Positions 37,731-53,128 of a stretch of 64,000 nt of DNA are shown piece by piece. A model generated the notes under the pieces. That model ran no database searches. It was not told where the DNA came from and was given only the letters and a program-made list of their open reading frames with translations. The DNA comes from Octopus sinensis (Eukaryota): contig NC_043001.1 of NCBI RefSeq assembly GCF_006345805.1, positions 89,652,001 to 89,716,000 of the forward strand. The letters are read 5' to 3'. The stretch's first letter is position 1. Every line of letters begins with the position of its first letter. Made by a program: the position numbers and the translations under genes.

Positions 37731-38519
37731 AAGTGTCTGATACACTTGCTGTCTGTATTTCCTTATTGTACAGAATATCATATTGTAAGTACAAGAAAAG
37801 AAATCCTTTGTTGCCAACAAAAGATAATCATCTAACTGTCTTTCATACACTAGGTAATACATAGTCATTCAAATGATTTACATCCTATTCCAGAATTTCT
37901 ATACTAGCATATCTATCGTCAGTTATGTTGTTCCCTTCAAAGATGATGAGTCCTTCCATCAGGCATCACATGGACACTAATGTTCTTTCTGCTGTGTAAC
38001 AACCATAGAATAATTGGTGTTGTCAGTTTTGCTTTTGTGTTAGTTCTGCATGTTGTTTCAACCGATTCAATTGTCTTTACTGTATTAGCTCTGATTGTTG
38101 TTTCAACTCTGGCAATTACTGTTGACTCTGTTGTTGATTTACTTGAGCTAGTCCTGTATCAACAGCTCTATGGCAATGAGGAAAGCTGATCTTACAAAGC
38201 ATTTTCTCATCATTTCTATGTATAGCCAGCCCATGGGGCATGTTGTTCTAAGAACATGAGAATGATATTTCAGAGACAGTAGTACATTTAGGGAGGAAAC
38301 TTTCAGTGTTTTATTGGATAAGTCCAATAGAATATGTGGAAGATTTCTCTTTGACAATTGAAAATGTTGTTATTGTTGTTATTTAACCTCAGTTGGGAAG
38401 TTATTTTCTTGTGACTTTAGAAATTTTAATGCTTAAAATACTATGGTAAGGAGCTTTTCCTAATCACCTTTTGTAACTCTTCTCTGTCTTCTTTTCCTTT
38501 TCTCCCCTCCCTCTCTGCT

Positions 38520-39030
<511 letters not shown>

Positions 39031-39584
39031 TGATCCCTACTAGCAACACCACTACAATCATCAATACACCAATACCTTATAACACCTGACTTCATTATAA
39101 TATGACCTCTGCCTTTGACCAGTTACCCTTTTTGTGGTTTCTCAAATGGAAAGAAATAACAGCCAAAACTTTTAAACTGTCTTATATAAGGAAAGGACAG
39201 AATGGATAATGTAGTCCTGCTTACATAGCTCTAAAAAGACACCATGGAACGTTTTTGGTCATAAATCTGATAGGTCAAGGTTGATGAGGTGGGGAGGCTA
39301 CAAAGCAACAACTATATGCAATATATTCATATAGTTGGTTGGGAATGACAACAAACTATATGCATATGAAAACACCCATCAGATGTGAATAAAAATATAT
39401 ATGAATGTAAGAGTGGTGCATGCATGTGTGTGTATATGTATACATACATACGCACACACACACATATATACACGAATGATAAGAAGACAAAGAAAACTCT
39501 TTAACACATCTTTAATGATTCATTACTATTGTTCCTGTATCAACTGTATTTGCAATGCCAGTTTATGTATGTCTCTGTGAGTGT

Positions 39585-39686
39585 CTATTTATATATATGT
39601 ATATATATATATAATAAATATGTATATATATATGTATATATTATATATATATGTATAATATATATATATGTATATATTATATAATG

Positions 39687-39730
<44 letters not shown>

Positions 39731-39742
39731 ATGTATATATAT

Positions 39743-39796
<54 letters not shown>

Positions 39797-39830
39797 ATAT
39801 ATATATATTATGTATATATATATATGTATG

Positions 39831-39880
<50 letters not shown>

Positions 39881-40045
39881 CATATATATATATATATATA
39901 TATATATGCATATATATATATATGTATATATACGTGCATATGTATGCATATATATATATGTATGCATGTATATATGTATGTATGCATGTATGAATATGAA
40001 TATATATGTATACATATGTATATATATATATGCATATATGTATAC

Positions 40046-40102
<57 letters not shown>

Positions 40103-40115
40103 GTATGTATATATG

Positions 40116-40146
<31 letters not shown>

Positions 40147-40165
40147 GTATGTATATATGAATACA
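39585..40165. repeat. Compound (TA)n/(TATG)n microsatellite
   Basis: Seen directly; source of several spurious YI-rich ORFs. Confidence 0.95.
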
Positions 40166-40454
40166 CACATATAGATCTACATGTGTGTGCGGGTGTTTTG
40201 TGAGTTTTATGTGTGCATATATTTATGAAATAATATATTGCCACTCAGCTTAAAGTTGTGTATATTATTTCCCTTCAACCATAATGACTTCTTAATATTT
40301 TATCATCTTTTACATAACTCATGTCTTCTGACTTCCACATCACTCATTGTCTATATAAATCACCCACACATATAGCTGTATGTCAATAAAGGCAGACTTT
40401 TAGTAATGTGTGTGCATATATAAATATAAATATATATATGATGATGATGATGAT

Positions 40455-40490
<36 letters not shown>

Positions 40491-40556
40491 TACATAGACA
40501 TACATGCATACATCCCAACCCATTCCAGCATGGAAACCAGATGTGAAATTATGTAT

Positions 40557-40619
<63 letters not shown>

Positions 40620-40729
40620 CACACACACTCATATAAGTATTTTGCATTATATAACTATGTCCATATAAGTGTATATACATAGATACATATACATATTTTA
40701 TGTATGTGTGTGTGTGCATGTGCATGTGC

Positions 40730-40777
<48 letters not shown>

Positions 40778-40894
40778 ATTATGCATTGCTGAAAGTATTA
40801 GAGAGTGCTATTTACTTGAAACAGGATCTTTTATTTCTACTTCTATACTCTGATTTAATTGAAGTTTACATACCACATGCACATGTTGTCATGC

Positions 40895-40980
<86 letters not shown>

Positions 40981-41019
40981 TTACTTGTCTGTTTGTCTAT
41001 CTGTATGTGTATATGCATG

Positions 41020-41055
<36 letters not shown>

Positions 41056-41067
41056 GTGTGTGCGCGT

Positions 41068-41106
<39 letters not shown>

Positions 41107-41680
41107 TGTATGTGTGTGTGTGTGTCTGTATTCATATATATAAATATCTAATATAATAAATGCAAAAACTAATTTCTGTATATCAGGGTGTCACACTTAG
41201 ACCCCCTCTCTCACTATTCAATGACAGCCCTACTATTCCTCATGATGGGGTGAGAGTAATAGTAGGCATAGAGATGGTGAGGGTAGTGGCTAAGACAGAG
41301 AGAATGAGAGAAAGAAAAAGAGAGGTAGAGGAAGAGAGACAAGAGATTTAGGGAGAGTTGATGATGTTTTATTAAAAGTAGTAGTGTTGATGGTGGCAGT
41401 AAGAGTAATAATAAAAGAGAGAGAAAGAGTGTGTATGTGAGAGAAAGGGGGAGATGATGTAAAATTTTGTTTAACCATGTCTCTTTGACAGAAATTCCTG
41501 TTGCCAACATACTGAGCACTATCATTTTTGTTTTATTTTTTGCTCTCTTTAATACACATACACATACACACACACACACAAATACATGTTAATTGAAATA
41601 AAGTTTCCCCAAATTAAAACATATCTGATATATTAAACATGAATGTTAGTGTGTCACACTTTTTCAACATTAATAAGTCC

Positions 41681-41880
41681 TTTCTACTGGAAGCACAATT
41701 TTGGGGGAAGGGATTAAATCAATTACATTGACACCAGTACGTAATTGGTGGTAATTTTATAGATCCTGAAAAGATGAAAGGCAAAATCGACCTCATTGGA
41801 ACTTGAAATCAAAGCCTAACGGCAGATGAAATACTGCTAAGCATTTCACCCAGCGTGCTAACGATTCTGCCAGCTCACCA
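41681..41880 (-). mobile_element. SINE family A, older copy
   Basis: Collinear with 1237-1451, with CpG-to-TpG/CpA decay. Confidence 0.85.
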
Positions 41881-42254
41881 TTTTAATATAATATAATAAA
41901 TGTGATTGTCAGTGTGTCATACTTTTTCAATTTTACTCCTAGAGACCATAACCCAAAATATACCACTTTGGAATCAGGTTGACTCTGTGAGTAAATTAAG
42001 AACATTCCAGGCTAAATCCAGACCCATAATCCTGAAATTTTGGACTTCAAGTTTCCATTACTGTGATTGTATTCAGCGCTTTTTTTTACATGACTTTTTG
42101 CAGCAAATTTTTTTGTATGATAACAATTTTTATAATCTAAAGGCTAACTCCTAGCCGAATCCAGACTGCAATCCTGAAATCTTGGATTCCTATCTTTACA
42201 TTACTGCAATTGCTTTCGGTGATTTTTTTTTACATGATTTTTTGTGACGAATAT

Positions 42255-42330
42255 GATCACCGTTGGGATATGACACTGGAGGAAGAAATTGCAACAAATT
42301 CTCCAAAACAAGCCAGAGATCTGTTTGCAG
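42255..42330 (+). pseudogene. Short Helitron RepHel-like coding relic
   Basis: Translates DHRWDMTLEEEIATNSPKQARDLFA, resembling the conserved HWD.TL.EA...SP.Q.R.LFA segment of Helitron RepHel proteins (recalled, not searched). Confidence 0.45.
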
Positions 42331-42554
42331 ATCTTCCCACTCAGTGTCAGTTTCTTAAAAGCTATATACTAGCTTAAAAGCTGCACAAGTACATATACAC
42401 ATATCCTATCTATCTATATTATATATTCTTTTGTCTGTCTGTCTTTCCAAATACACACATATAATATAAATGCACATAGAGATATAGACATAGGCATGAA
42501 AATCTACATACATTGAAACACCACACACACACACACACACACACCACACACACA

Positions 42555-42623
<69 letters not shown>

Positions 42624-44059
42624 AAAGCTATAGATGATATTGCTTTAAACTGTATGAAAACATGTGATAACTTGTATTTGACAATCAACACCAGTTTGCA
42701 TACAAGAGCTATTATTCTGAAACAATGCCTATGAGACAGCTGTAATGAAATTACCTAATACTAGCCATACAGATGGTTATTAAGCTAGAAAAAAAGTCAC
42801 TAAGCACTGCAGAATTCAATATATAAATACTGTCATAAGGTGATGGTAAAGAACAAATGTGCTGCACACCAATTTCATATGAAAAATGTATTGTTTACAT
42901 TGTACATTAATACTGAAATCTACACTCTTAAGGCAAATTAATAACTCTGAAACATAACCACAAAACTTTGGGTGATAAACTCTATTACCAAAAATGATTA
43001 ACATCATTGAGTATAAGTTTATATCTAATCTACAATTGCATATCAGAGAATATGCAATTAGAATAGCCTCTTCTGAAGATTTTAAATCATTTTCATTTAA
43101 GATCTTGAAACAAAAAATAAATGTGGGTGTTTACTATTATTCATTATGTATAAATACAGTCAAAAGAAAATATTGTATAAACACCAACATTTGGAACATA
43201 TTCAATTAAATATTTACATATTTGAGTTGAGCTTTTCCTTAATAAAATTATAATTTTTCTTTATTAACTTCAGATGTACTTGTGTGTTTGTGTTTCTTTA
43301 TATCTGCACTTGCTTATCTGAAAGTTATGATGTTCAAGCATTGTTGTTTTTGGTGGTGTTGTTGACAATACTGCTGTCAGTAAATCATCTGCTAACATTA
43401 TGCCTTTAAAGTCGTGTTGAGTAAGAGGTCTGTTACTTAAAAAACAGATAAAGGTTATCCCCATGAAGTGTATCTGGCTGTAGAACAAAGCCTTAATAAC
43501 ATATTTGTCAAACCCATGCTATTATGCAAAATGGATGTAAAAGGAATGAATACTATAATTTGATCAGTTTGATCTCTGTCATCAGGTCTGTAATATTTGT
43601 TTATTTTTAAACTAAGAATAATGAATGTGATTAGTTTAGTAATAAATCTAGTTCAAGTCAGTCTCGGATTATGTACACTTGTCAAATCTAGTGTTTGATA
43701 TCCAAGAGTTAGCCACTAGATGACAGTTTGAGATCAAATCAATAGCTACAAAGTATAAAGATAAATATTGAAAATAAACACTCTAAAAATGAGGTTAACA
43801 GTCTGTAAAATTATAATCTTACAAAGTATCAGCTCTAAAATTTTCATTAAAGCTGTAGGAAATCTACACAATAGTAAGACAAGACATGAAGAGACTTAAT
43901 AGTTGGATACAAGTATATGATGCTGCTGTTCTACAGAAAGCCCTACCTTTGTATAGTACAAAATACTACATAGCACAATTGATATATCTAATTGGTTTGC
44001 CATAGCGCAAAGAAGTCTTGTTAGCAGGAATGAAAACAGCCACTTGACAGAAAAACTAT

Positions 44060-44900
44060 AGGCCTGTTACATGCTTAAACAGCTTTACACAAACTGTTCC
44101 AACAAAATTTTTTCAATACAATTGTGAATCTAATAAGGTGGTGACAGAAAATAGGTGTGAAAAAATGTTTGCTAAACTACTTTTAGTTTATAAACTTCTG
44201 TCTGAAATTAAAAGGGAACAATGCTGAAATTTTGCAACAGTGTGGTTTAACTATAGAAAAGCATTTAACTGTTTCTCTAGTGATGACTGTAATAATCCCT
44301 ATACTTGACCTTTGTTGCTGTTATTGCAAAGCTCGTGAAGACTTGGCCAACCATCCTAGTCTTTGTAACTGATGCTACAGATTTTCCAAAAGGAATATTC
44401 CAAGGACATAATCTTTATGTTTCTGTTTATTTTGGAAAAAAATCCACTGCCATTTCTGCAGCTGCAGTAAAAGTTGAATGGTTATTTTCTAGGATCTACA
44501 GCAGCAAGAAAGATCATGTAGCCTAAAATTTTTTATATTGATAATCTAAAGGTTGAAACTGGAAATATCCATTATTCTAAGAAACTGATGGATCTGATAA
44601 CATTTTCAGATGAAATAAGGATAGAATTTGGTCAAAAGAAATGTTTGCATTTCATAGCTGAACGCAGGAAAACTTATTTATATCATGATTTTCTCTGTTT
44701 TTCCTATTTCTACACAATGAGTATTACAAGTATCTCATTATTTGTGAAAATGTATTGTACAAAGATGCCCTGATCAAAGTTGCAATGACTAAGGAATATT
44801 ACACTGAATTTACTAAACATGGTAGTCAGATACTTTCTTCTCACAGGATAATATTTTACTTTGCATTTGCAGTAAAGGTATCAGCTTTGGGGAAATTTGA
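44060..44900 (+). mobile_element. Decayed R4/Dong-type RT fragment
   Basis: RPVTCLN, KGIFQGHNL, FYIDNLK..FSDEIRIEFGQKKC. Confidence 0.65.
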
Positions 44901-45055
44901 CGAGATTACATAGGAAACTTGTTCTATCAATATTAAAACCTGTATGTCTCTAGTATAAATTGAAAGCCTCTACACAATACTAGATTTAGGCTTAAGCTAA
45001 ACAGACTACCACTTAAGACTTAACAATTTGCAAGGGTCTTAAAATAACTAAAAGG

Positions 45056-45093
<38 letters not shown>

Positions 45094-45108
45094 ACACACA
45101 CACACACA

Positions 45109-45162
<54 letters not shown>

Positions 45163-45359
45163 TTTCAATTTTTGTGATACATTCTGGTGTAATTCTTTAA
45201 CAAGATTTCCAGGCTTATATAGCTTAGAGCCTCGCTAAATCTAAACATGGTATGGTGATATTGATAGACTTTAACTGAGAGAACAGATAAAGTAGAAATC
45301 TGCAGTCCATTAAGATTTAAATCATGTAGAGCTTATTTTAAAGTTGGTAAAGGATGTTG

Positions 45360-45720
45360 CCACCTGTGAACTTCAGATATTTCTGATGTATGATTCATGT
45401 GTTGCTGCTATTTTGTATCAGGTCAACCTTGATCAAGTAGACACAAGGTCTCTAGAATTACATTATTCAAAGTAACTTTCCATTTTCAGAACATGATATG
45501 TGAGAGGTTTAACTGGTATTTCTAGCAGTTCAAGTGACTATACAGAGGCTTGCTCATTGGCTCATCATTGTCATTTAGGGTTGAATTGGTCCTGAAATTG
45601 AGCTGAACTATATTGAAAGGCATTCTAGCAGCGACTATCCTGTCTTTATTTTTAAATATAGTATATGCCAGACTTTATCCAATTTGTCCTTCATCTTTTA
45701 AGACAACAGATCATAATGTA
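45360..45720. repeat. Unclassified dispersed repeat
   Basis: Partial similarity to 5150-5345 and 52780-52970. Confidence 0.45.
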
Positions 45721-47794
45721 AGAAGCATTTGTGTGCTAATAGTATCAGACTGAGTGACCATGTAGAACAGTCATGGGCAAATTGCAGTCCAAGGGACATT
45801 CTGAGTGGCATGCCTAATGAAAAATGTCAAACCTTTTTAGTAGTGTTGTATGCCTAATGATGGGACATGATTCATGCAGCCTGCTTTTCAAAAGTTGCCC
45901 ATGTCTGGTGTTGTAGGAGTCTTTGTTGTTTCTGCTGTTGGTCATAGTGTAAGGAGTGCAATAATAGTGTCATATCTTTGACATGTTGCACTGGACTAAG
46001 AAAATGATCTCCTTCTCTACCACCAGTGGATTAAAAATCAGCAATAATACAAGGATGGCTTCCCACTCTGATGTTAAGTTATTACAGTAACAAAATTGTT
46101 ATAATGTTTCTCCCCAGCCAATGAACAATGCCACACCTGCATGTAGTCCCCACCTTCCTTCTATTCTAAACAATGTTCTTATTCCATTATTTCTTAACTC
46201 CATTGCAGTCTAGTAATGCACCAACATTACTATGAATATTTAATTATTTTCATGTACAAGTTGCATTTCCACATCACTGCACCACTAAAAATATTTAAAA
46301 TTATTATCAAACCTTTGTTGCACAATTGTTAAACTTCAAACTAGATTCTCATCTAATATTGCTTTTTATATTTATTTGTCCAATTGTGTCATAGTAAGAA
46401 AAATAACATTTTGAAATTGCAACTTGATCGATTCCCTGAATCATCTATGCGCTTTGTGCATCATTAACCATGAAGCTGTCTACACAATGTGACTGAATTT
46501 AGGGCATACACTTGTATGGAAGAAAATCAATTGATGTGGCTTGACTGATTAGAAGGTTTGGTTGGTAGCTCTGTATCATTATGTTTAGGTAAATAGGATG
46601 TTATCTAATAGTGTGGCGGTTACTGCAGATGATTCTGACACACCTAGAGCTTGTGGTCAATGTTGGCCAAGAGACAGCTCAACACAGATCTTTGTCTGTT
46701 GGTGGTTCAATTAATCAATCAAGCAATTAATCAATACTTAGCTATCTCGTGCAGCAATTGCTTGACTTTTTCTAATGAATAGATGTCCATCAATAGATGA
46801 TTTGTGCTATTGACTTGAAGAGAGTTTCTCTTGGATTTGCTCATGAGATAATTTGAGCTCAGCTATGCTGGTCAACATTAATTTGTTACACAGAATTGCA
46901 ACTGAAAAAGTTGTAAGTAGACACCGCTTCTTGTTATCTACATACAACTAGGAGCAGTGCTTTAACTATGGCACTGAAAAAGCTGTACATCATTTAGTGT
47001 AAATTCAGAATCTTAGTAAACTGGTGGTCAGCCATATCAGTAACTATTAGTCCTTAGGAGAGTTCTAGGAGACCTCGAGAAGTTCAGTATATTGCAGGGT
47101 GGACTAAAGAATATAATGTTTCAGGCCCTTACTCTTTGTTTATTGTTTTGCTTGAAATCAGTAGGAAAAAAAAATAGTGTTTAACTGTGTGGATTGTAAA
47201 AGGGTAGTGAGGACATGTAAGTTGTGTAGTTTTCTAGTGAAGGCATATTGTAAGAGGTGTAGTGTGACATTGATGATAGGTTATGCGGGGTACATATGTT
47301 AATGAAAACATGTATAGGATATAGTGATGATATGCTGTTTGGTATGTAGTGTGGTACTGAGGAGAGTATGTTGTGTGGGATGTTTGGTGGTAGCTAGAAC
47401 ATGATGCTGAAGTTTGCAGTATGATAGCAAGGATATTTTGTGTGGAGTATAGAGTAGCAGTGTGGAGTGGAGTGTGGTATGTGGGAAGTGTTTTAAGTTA
47501 ATGAGATAATGCTGTGTTGTGTCATGATAGCATTTTGTTCTGTGTGTAATGGGTCAGTGAGAACAGGTGTGACTAGACTGGTAGTGAAGATGTCATTGCA
47601 TAGCCTCAGATCAACTCTGCCTGAGAGGACCTATGACAAAAAGCATTCTAGCTGTGACTGCCTCAGCTATTTCTTTTCCCAGACTAACTTTTTTTTCTTG
47701 TTTCCTAGGACTCATACGGCTGGTTACCTGGTTTTCATGGCATATGAGTGACCAAGATCACAACATTCTCCATGAATGGGATCCTGGTCTGTTG

Positions 47795-47990
47795 CTGGGC
47801 TGAGGACAGCAATTTTTAAGGAGAGTGGGAAAGTTGATTATATTGATCCCAGTACTTGATTGGCACTTTATTTTATCAATCTTGAAAGGATGAAAGGCAA
47901 AGTTGACCTTAGTGAGATTTGAACTCAAAATGTAAAGAGCTGGAAGAATGCCATTAAGCAGTTTGTCTGATTCTGTTAGCTCATTGCCTT
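47795..47990 (-). mobile_element. SINE family A, decayed
   Basis: gatcccagtac..gaaaggatgaaaggcaaagttgacc..gatttgaactc. Confidence 0.75.
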
Positions 47991-49816
47991 AGATTATCTA
48001 ACTAGGACTAACTACATTATCCAATATGTATTTTCACAAATTGGCATGAAAATAGAGTGTGATTAGATAAAGGCTAAGTAAAGGACCCTTCTTTAGCTTA
48101 AATGAGAATGCCTAGGATAGAGTGTAGTTGGAAAGTCATGTTGTTTGAGGTGGGGTGTGACAGTGATGTGAGATAAAATGTTATGTGGCATATAGAGTGG
48201 TCACAAGTGTATATTGTGTGGTATACAGTGAAATAGAGAAGGTGGGGTATGTTACATTTATTTTATGATCTAGTTTCTTCATATATCAGTGAGAGCCATG
48301 GTAGTGGCCTGAGTTATGATGGTCAGGTGGAACTTTGGTGAAAATACTTGACATCTTTTATGTTGATTGTCAAAACAGCATATAATGTGTATGTCATGCA
48401 ACAATAGCTGTTATATTTCATTTGAAGTATATATGTGTGTCTTGTGTTTTTCTGATATAAGTGGGAGATATGGGGTTTTTAGAACAGTGTTGTGGGTTTC
48501 CTCTCTCATCTGAGCTCAAATCCTTCTGGGAGTTGTTAAAATTGGCAGCAGAGTTATTCAGGGATCAATTCAAGTGAACATAATATTTCTGTTGCAAAGC
48601 TTAACTTGTAACTTAAGTTCATCATCATCATCATTATCATCGTTATTCTTCAAAATTTTTCGCTGTCAGTTAAGTAATTCTTTTGAATGTACAGAATCAG
48701 TAGAGCACTAGAGAGTACAAATCACACTGGTGTTGAATTTATTCTCATTCTTCCAGAATCAGTTAATAAGTTATAACAAAATACTGGGGTCAATATAATT
48801 GACTGTTCTACCAACAAAATATGTGGCCTTGGCTTACATTAGAAATCATTGTTATTAAGTAATCATTAATATTAATGTTGCTATAGTTGTTAATAATGCA
48901 GTCATACTGCTTGATTGTTGCTATTGTTTTCATTATCATCGTCTTCATTATCATCATCATCATCATCATCATTATCGTATCTGTGTCTGTCTGCCTGTCT
49001 AAACTTTTAAGTTACAGTAGAACCTCACAGTATGAGTGCCCCATTGTATGAGTAATTTGCTATATGAGCTTAGACTCATGCAAATTTTTGTCTTGAATTA
49101 CAAGCGGAAATCCTCAGTAGGAGCACACAAATTGTCCTATCTTTAAGGTAATTCAGTTAATAAAACCAGTTTACATATTTCTTTTGCATTCTCTTTTTTA
49201 TAATTGTCATTTTACTTTTAACTACATCTTTTCTATTTTAAAACACATAAAAAATTATTTTTGAGTGGTTTTTGGGGGCTGGATTAGATTAATTATATTT
49301 TAGTTAAATGAGTAAATCGTAAGACAAGCTTGGTCATGGTACAAATTAAACTCATACTGCGAGATATCACTGTATTTATATTTTGACAACCCAACATAAC
49401 CAGTAAAGATTAACTGGTGAATAGGCATGTGCTATATGACATGCTTATTATTGTTGAAAATATGAAGTAATATGAAACTCATTCTCATCTTTAAATATTG
49501 CAAGCTATTTGTCAACAATTAAAATCCCTCATGTATAGCACTCCAGCATTGGTTTCCACTTTCTCTCTGACCATGCACCATTTACATGCATCCAACACAT
49601 CACATGCCAAACCTGCTCAGGTTCCACAACCAAAAATTTGCCATGCCAACCTTGTTTCTTATAACTGAGAAAAAAACAAAACAATCAAGCACTGCTCATA
49701 TCAAGAAAATACCACTGTACCATATTCTCTCTAAACCTGTGTACCACTCAATTACAGTCCTTACTATCACTCCAAATACTGTGCCATGAATGCATTGTGA
49801 GGCTCACTCTGACATA

Positions 49817-51093
49817 TTGGATCATCCCATAAATAATATGGTTTTTTTCAATTGCATGAACTAAAAGTTGGAGGGGGATGGGATAAACTACCTGCATCAA
49901 CTTGCTATAAAAGCAGGTAGTAAGTTTACTTTGCCCTTATTCTTAGTGCAAATTTTGAAGAGTGCAGGTCGCTTTTAACAGTTATTTTTTCAAAACTATA
50001 ATGGAAGTGACAAAGGAGCATATTTGGTATATTTTGCTTTATGAGTTTAATAAAGGCAACAACACAACAGAAAGTGCAAGGAATATTAATACAGTATATA
50101 GAGATTGGACAATAAGTGTAAACCAGTGTCAATGGTGGTTCCAGAAATTCCAAGCCAGAAACTTCAGCCTAGAAGATGATCCTTGTCCTGGAAGATTTGT
50201 AGATTTCGATGAGGACAGCTTGCAAATCCTGGTGGAACAAAATCCCATTGTAGCTGTTGAGGAACTAGCAGAGAATCTTGGATTTGGTCATTCAACCATT
50301 CATCGGCACCTGTATGCCATCAGCAAAGTCATCAAATTGGGTCAATGGGTTCCTTACAAACTATCTGAGTTTAATCATGCATAGAAAGTGAATGTGTGCT
50401 CTTCTTTGCTGTCATGTCTCACAAATGAACCTTTTTTAGATTGAATAGTGACTGGTGATGAGAAATGGGTTCTCTATAAAAATGTCAAGTGCCGAAGACA
50501 ATGGGTAGGGAAAAGAGAAACACTGGCACTCCAGGCTAAAAAAGGTCTTCACCCATATAAGGTGTTATTATCTGTTTGGTGAGATATGAAAGGTTTAGTC
50601 TACTTTGAAATTTGAAACCCAAACCAAATGATAACAAAGGAGATCTGCTGTGAGCAGCTTGAGTGGCTTAAGTGACCTCTAGAAGAAAAATAACCATCTT
50701 TAGTTTCAAGACAAAAGGTGTTCTTCTATCTGGATAATGCTTGACCACACACAGGAAGGACAACATTCCAAAGGCTTGAGCAGTTTGAATGGGAAACGAT
50801 GCCCCACCCACCATATTTGCTGGACATTGCCCCATCTGATTATCATTTATTCCCCAGTCTTCAAAATCATTTGGACAGAAAAAATATGAATTCTGTAGAC
50901 AAGGTCAGAACAGTACTGGAGTATTATTTTTTGTCATGGACAAGTGAATTTTGGAAGAGGGACCTTGCAAGTCTACCAGATATATGGAAGAACATTGTAG
51001 AAAATGAAGGAGAATATATTCTAAATTAAAAAGAACTTTATTTTAATTTTTGAAAAATAGAAGTATAAAAAAAACCGCATTATTTATGGGATG
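49817..51093 (+). mobile_element. Decayed full-length mariner (DD34D) of a third family
   Basis: TIRs catcccataaataat..ggtttttt and aaaaaaccgcattatttatgggatg. Motifs MEVTKEHI.., IVTGDEKW, DNA, HPPYLLDIAPSDYHLF. Multiple stops. Confidence 0.92.
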
Positions 51094-52198
51094 TCTTTTT
51101 GTTCATTAATGGCCTACATACTGTACTGTTACCAACAACTACACATATATTTCAAATAAGATGACACTTCTATGAACCCCACCTTGACCTTCCATGCAAA
51201 AACAACAACTTAGCTCATACTGGATATGATAAGTTGTTTATAGTAACGACTAAAGAAGAAAAGAAAAGCAGTGCATCCTCAAATAGAGGTATGGCAACCT
51301 AATCTATTTCAGCAGCCCACAGTTATAATTACAGCTATTCACAATAAAAGGAACAGTCTTGCACTACATTCTCCATATATGACACTAAAATTCTTTAAGT
51401 TTCTACAAATGCTAACCACACAATCTCTGATGAACTTTCATAGTGACTTTACATGTTTAAAATATATAAACTTCATTACATACATAATTTTTTTGTGAAC
51501 ACAGATAGAGTTTAAGTACGGGCTACCTTGAAATATTGCTCACAGAATGTTATTGCTATGCTCACAAACATATCACATCAAGTCCAAAAGAAGGCTGTTT
51601 GAATTATTGGTGAAGATCGATACACTAACACACAACAACTATGAAGTACAGGTGAAGTTTGGGGCAGAGTGATAGAAAGTAATAGAGGTAAAGGTGGTCA
51701 ATAGTAAAAGTGAGTGACAGATGTGACAGATGTGAATGGCTGGTAGGAAGAGAAAATGGTGACTGGCAATACAGAGAGTTAATGATATGGAGTATCTGGT
51801 ATTGTCTCCATTAGTTACACTAGCAGAATAATATAGCAAAGGAGGAAAAAAGATTGAGTAAAGAGAAGGGTGGGGCAGTGATGGAGTTATGAATGGATAG
51901 AGAAATAAGTACTAGAGAGATGAAGGACATAGAGGTAAGAGGGTAACAGATGCAGACTTGGCAAAGACATATTGAGAGACCCAAATATATGCACATACAC
52001 ATATACATGCACATAAGTATACATACACATATATGTGTATGTATACACATATATTGTGGCGCAACTGAGCACTGTATACAATAATTTCATTATTATATAT
52101 AAATACATTCCTAAGTATAGGTGTGGCCATGTGGTAAGAAGTTTACTTCCTAACCACATGGCTCTGGGTTCAGTCCTATTGTAATGCACCTTGGACAA

Positions 52199-52234
<36 letters not shown>

Positions 52235-52663
52235 TTATATAATGAAATGTTAGTGCCAAGCAGTGTTTAGGCACAAGCAAAATTTAGGTTAGTTAAAATT
52301 TTAACTGCTAAAGCAAATTCACTGCAGCTATCATGGAGAAAAGGTGTGAAGACACCTAGTTTGTTCAGTGTTGCCATCTATCAGGAATCCCAGACATCGA
52401 CGTTTCAAGTTTTTGAAACATCCCATCTTGTCAATGGTATGTACCTAACAGAAGCAACTCTGAACAAACATATTGTATAAAGCAATAATTTTATGTAAAA
52501 TTTAGTCAACAATGTTGACTGTTTTGCACTGGTAAATTTCCCAATTGAGGAAAATAATGAAATGTTAGCACCAAGCAGTGTTTAGGCATAAGCTAAATTT
52601 AGGTTAGTTAAATATATTTGTTACACATATAGTTTTATTAAAGCTGCAGAATTATCACAAAAT

Positions 52664-52755
52664 TGTTACTCAGAGTTTCACATTCCCATTCATTGGACAG
52701 TGAAAATTTTCATTACAACTGTCCGACAAATGGGGACGTGAAACTCTGAGTAACA
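52664..52755. repeat. 38-bp-arm fold-back made of two decayed hammerhead-like units
   Basis: Arms 52664-52701 and 52718-52755; each carries GAAACTCTGAGTAACA. Confidence 0.85.
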
Positions 52756-52996
52756 GATTTCTGTTACTGTTTAGTTTATGTCAAACCTGTTCTAACAGCT
52801 CTTCAGTCAAGCATATTCCAACCATGTCCATCCCATCTTTTATTTCAAACATAGTTTATATCAGACTACATTATTTACTGTATCCTTCCTTTTTAAAGAT
52901 GGCAGGGTATGATTTGAGGGAGATTTGACTGCTTTTCTTGTAAGCCAATTGACTACATAGAGGATCCCTTACTCACTTTTGTTTTACTGATGATGG

Positions 52997-52997
52997 C

Positions 52998-53044
<47 letters not shown>

Positions 53045-53054
53045 CTGCAATAGT

Positions 53055-53128
<74 letters not shown>

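Noticed and set aside
39585-40244. Long YI/CV/HT-rich ORFs in the track (also 18621-19141, 60604-61072 and many others)
   Set aside because: Translations of TA/TG/CA microsatellites that lack stop codons by composition.
43273-43425. Good-looking acceptor with a later GTAAGA donor
   Set aside because: All three frames contain stops; it could only be non-coding and there is no further evidence.
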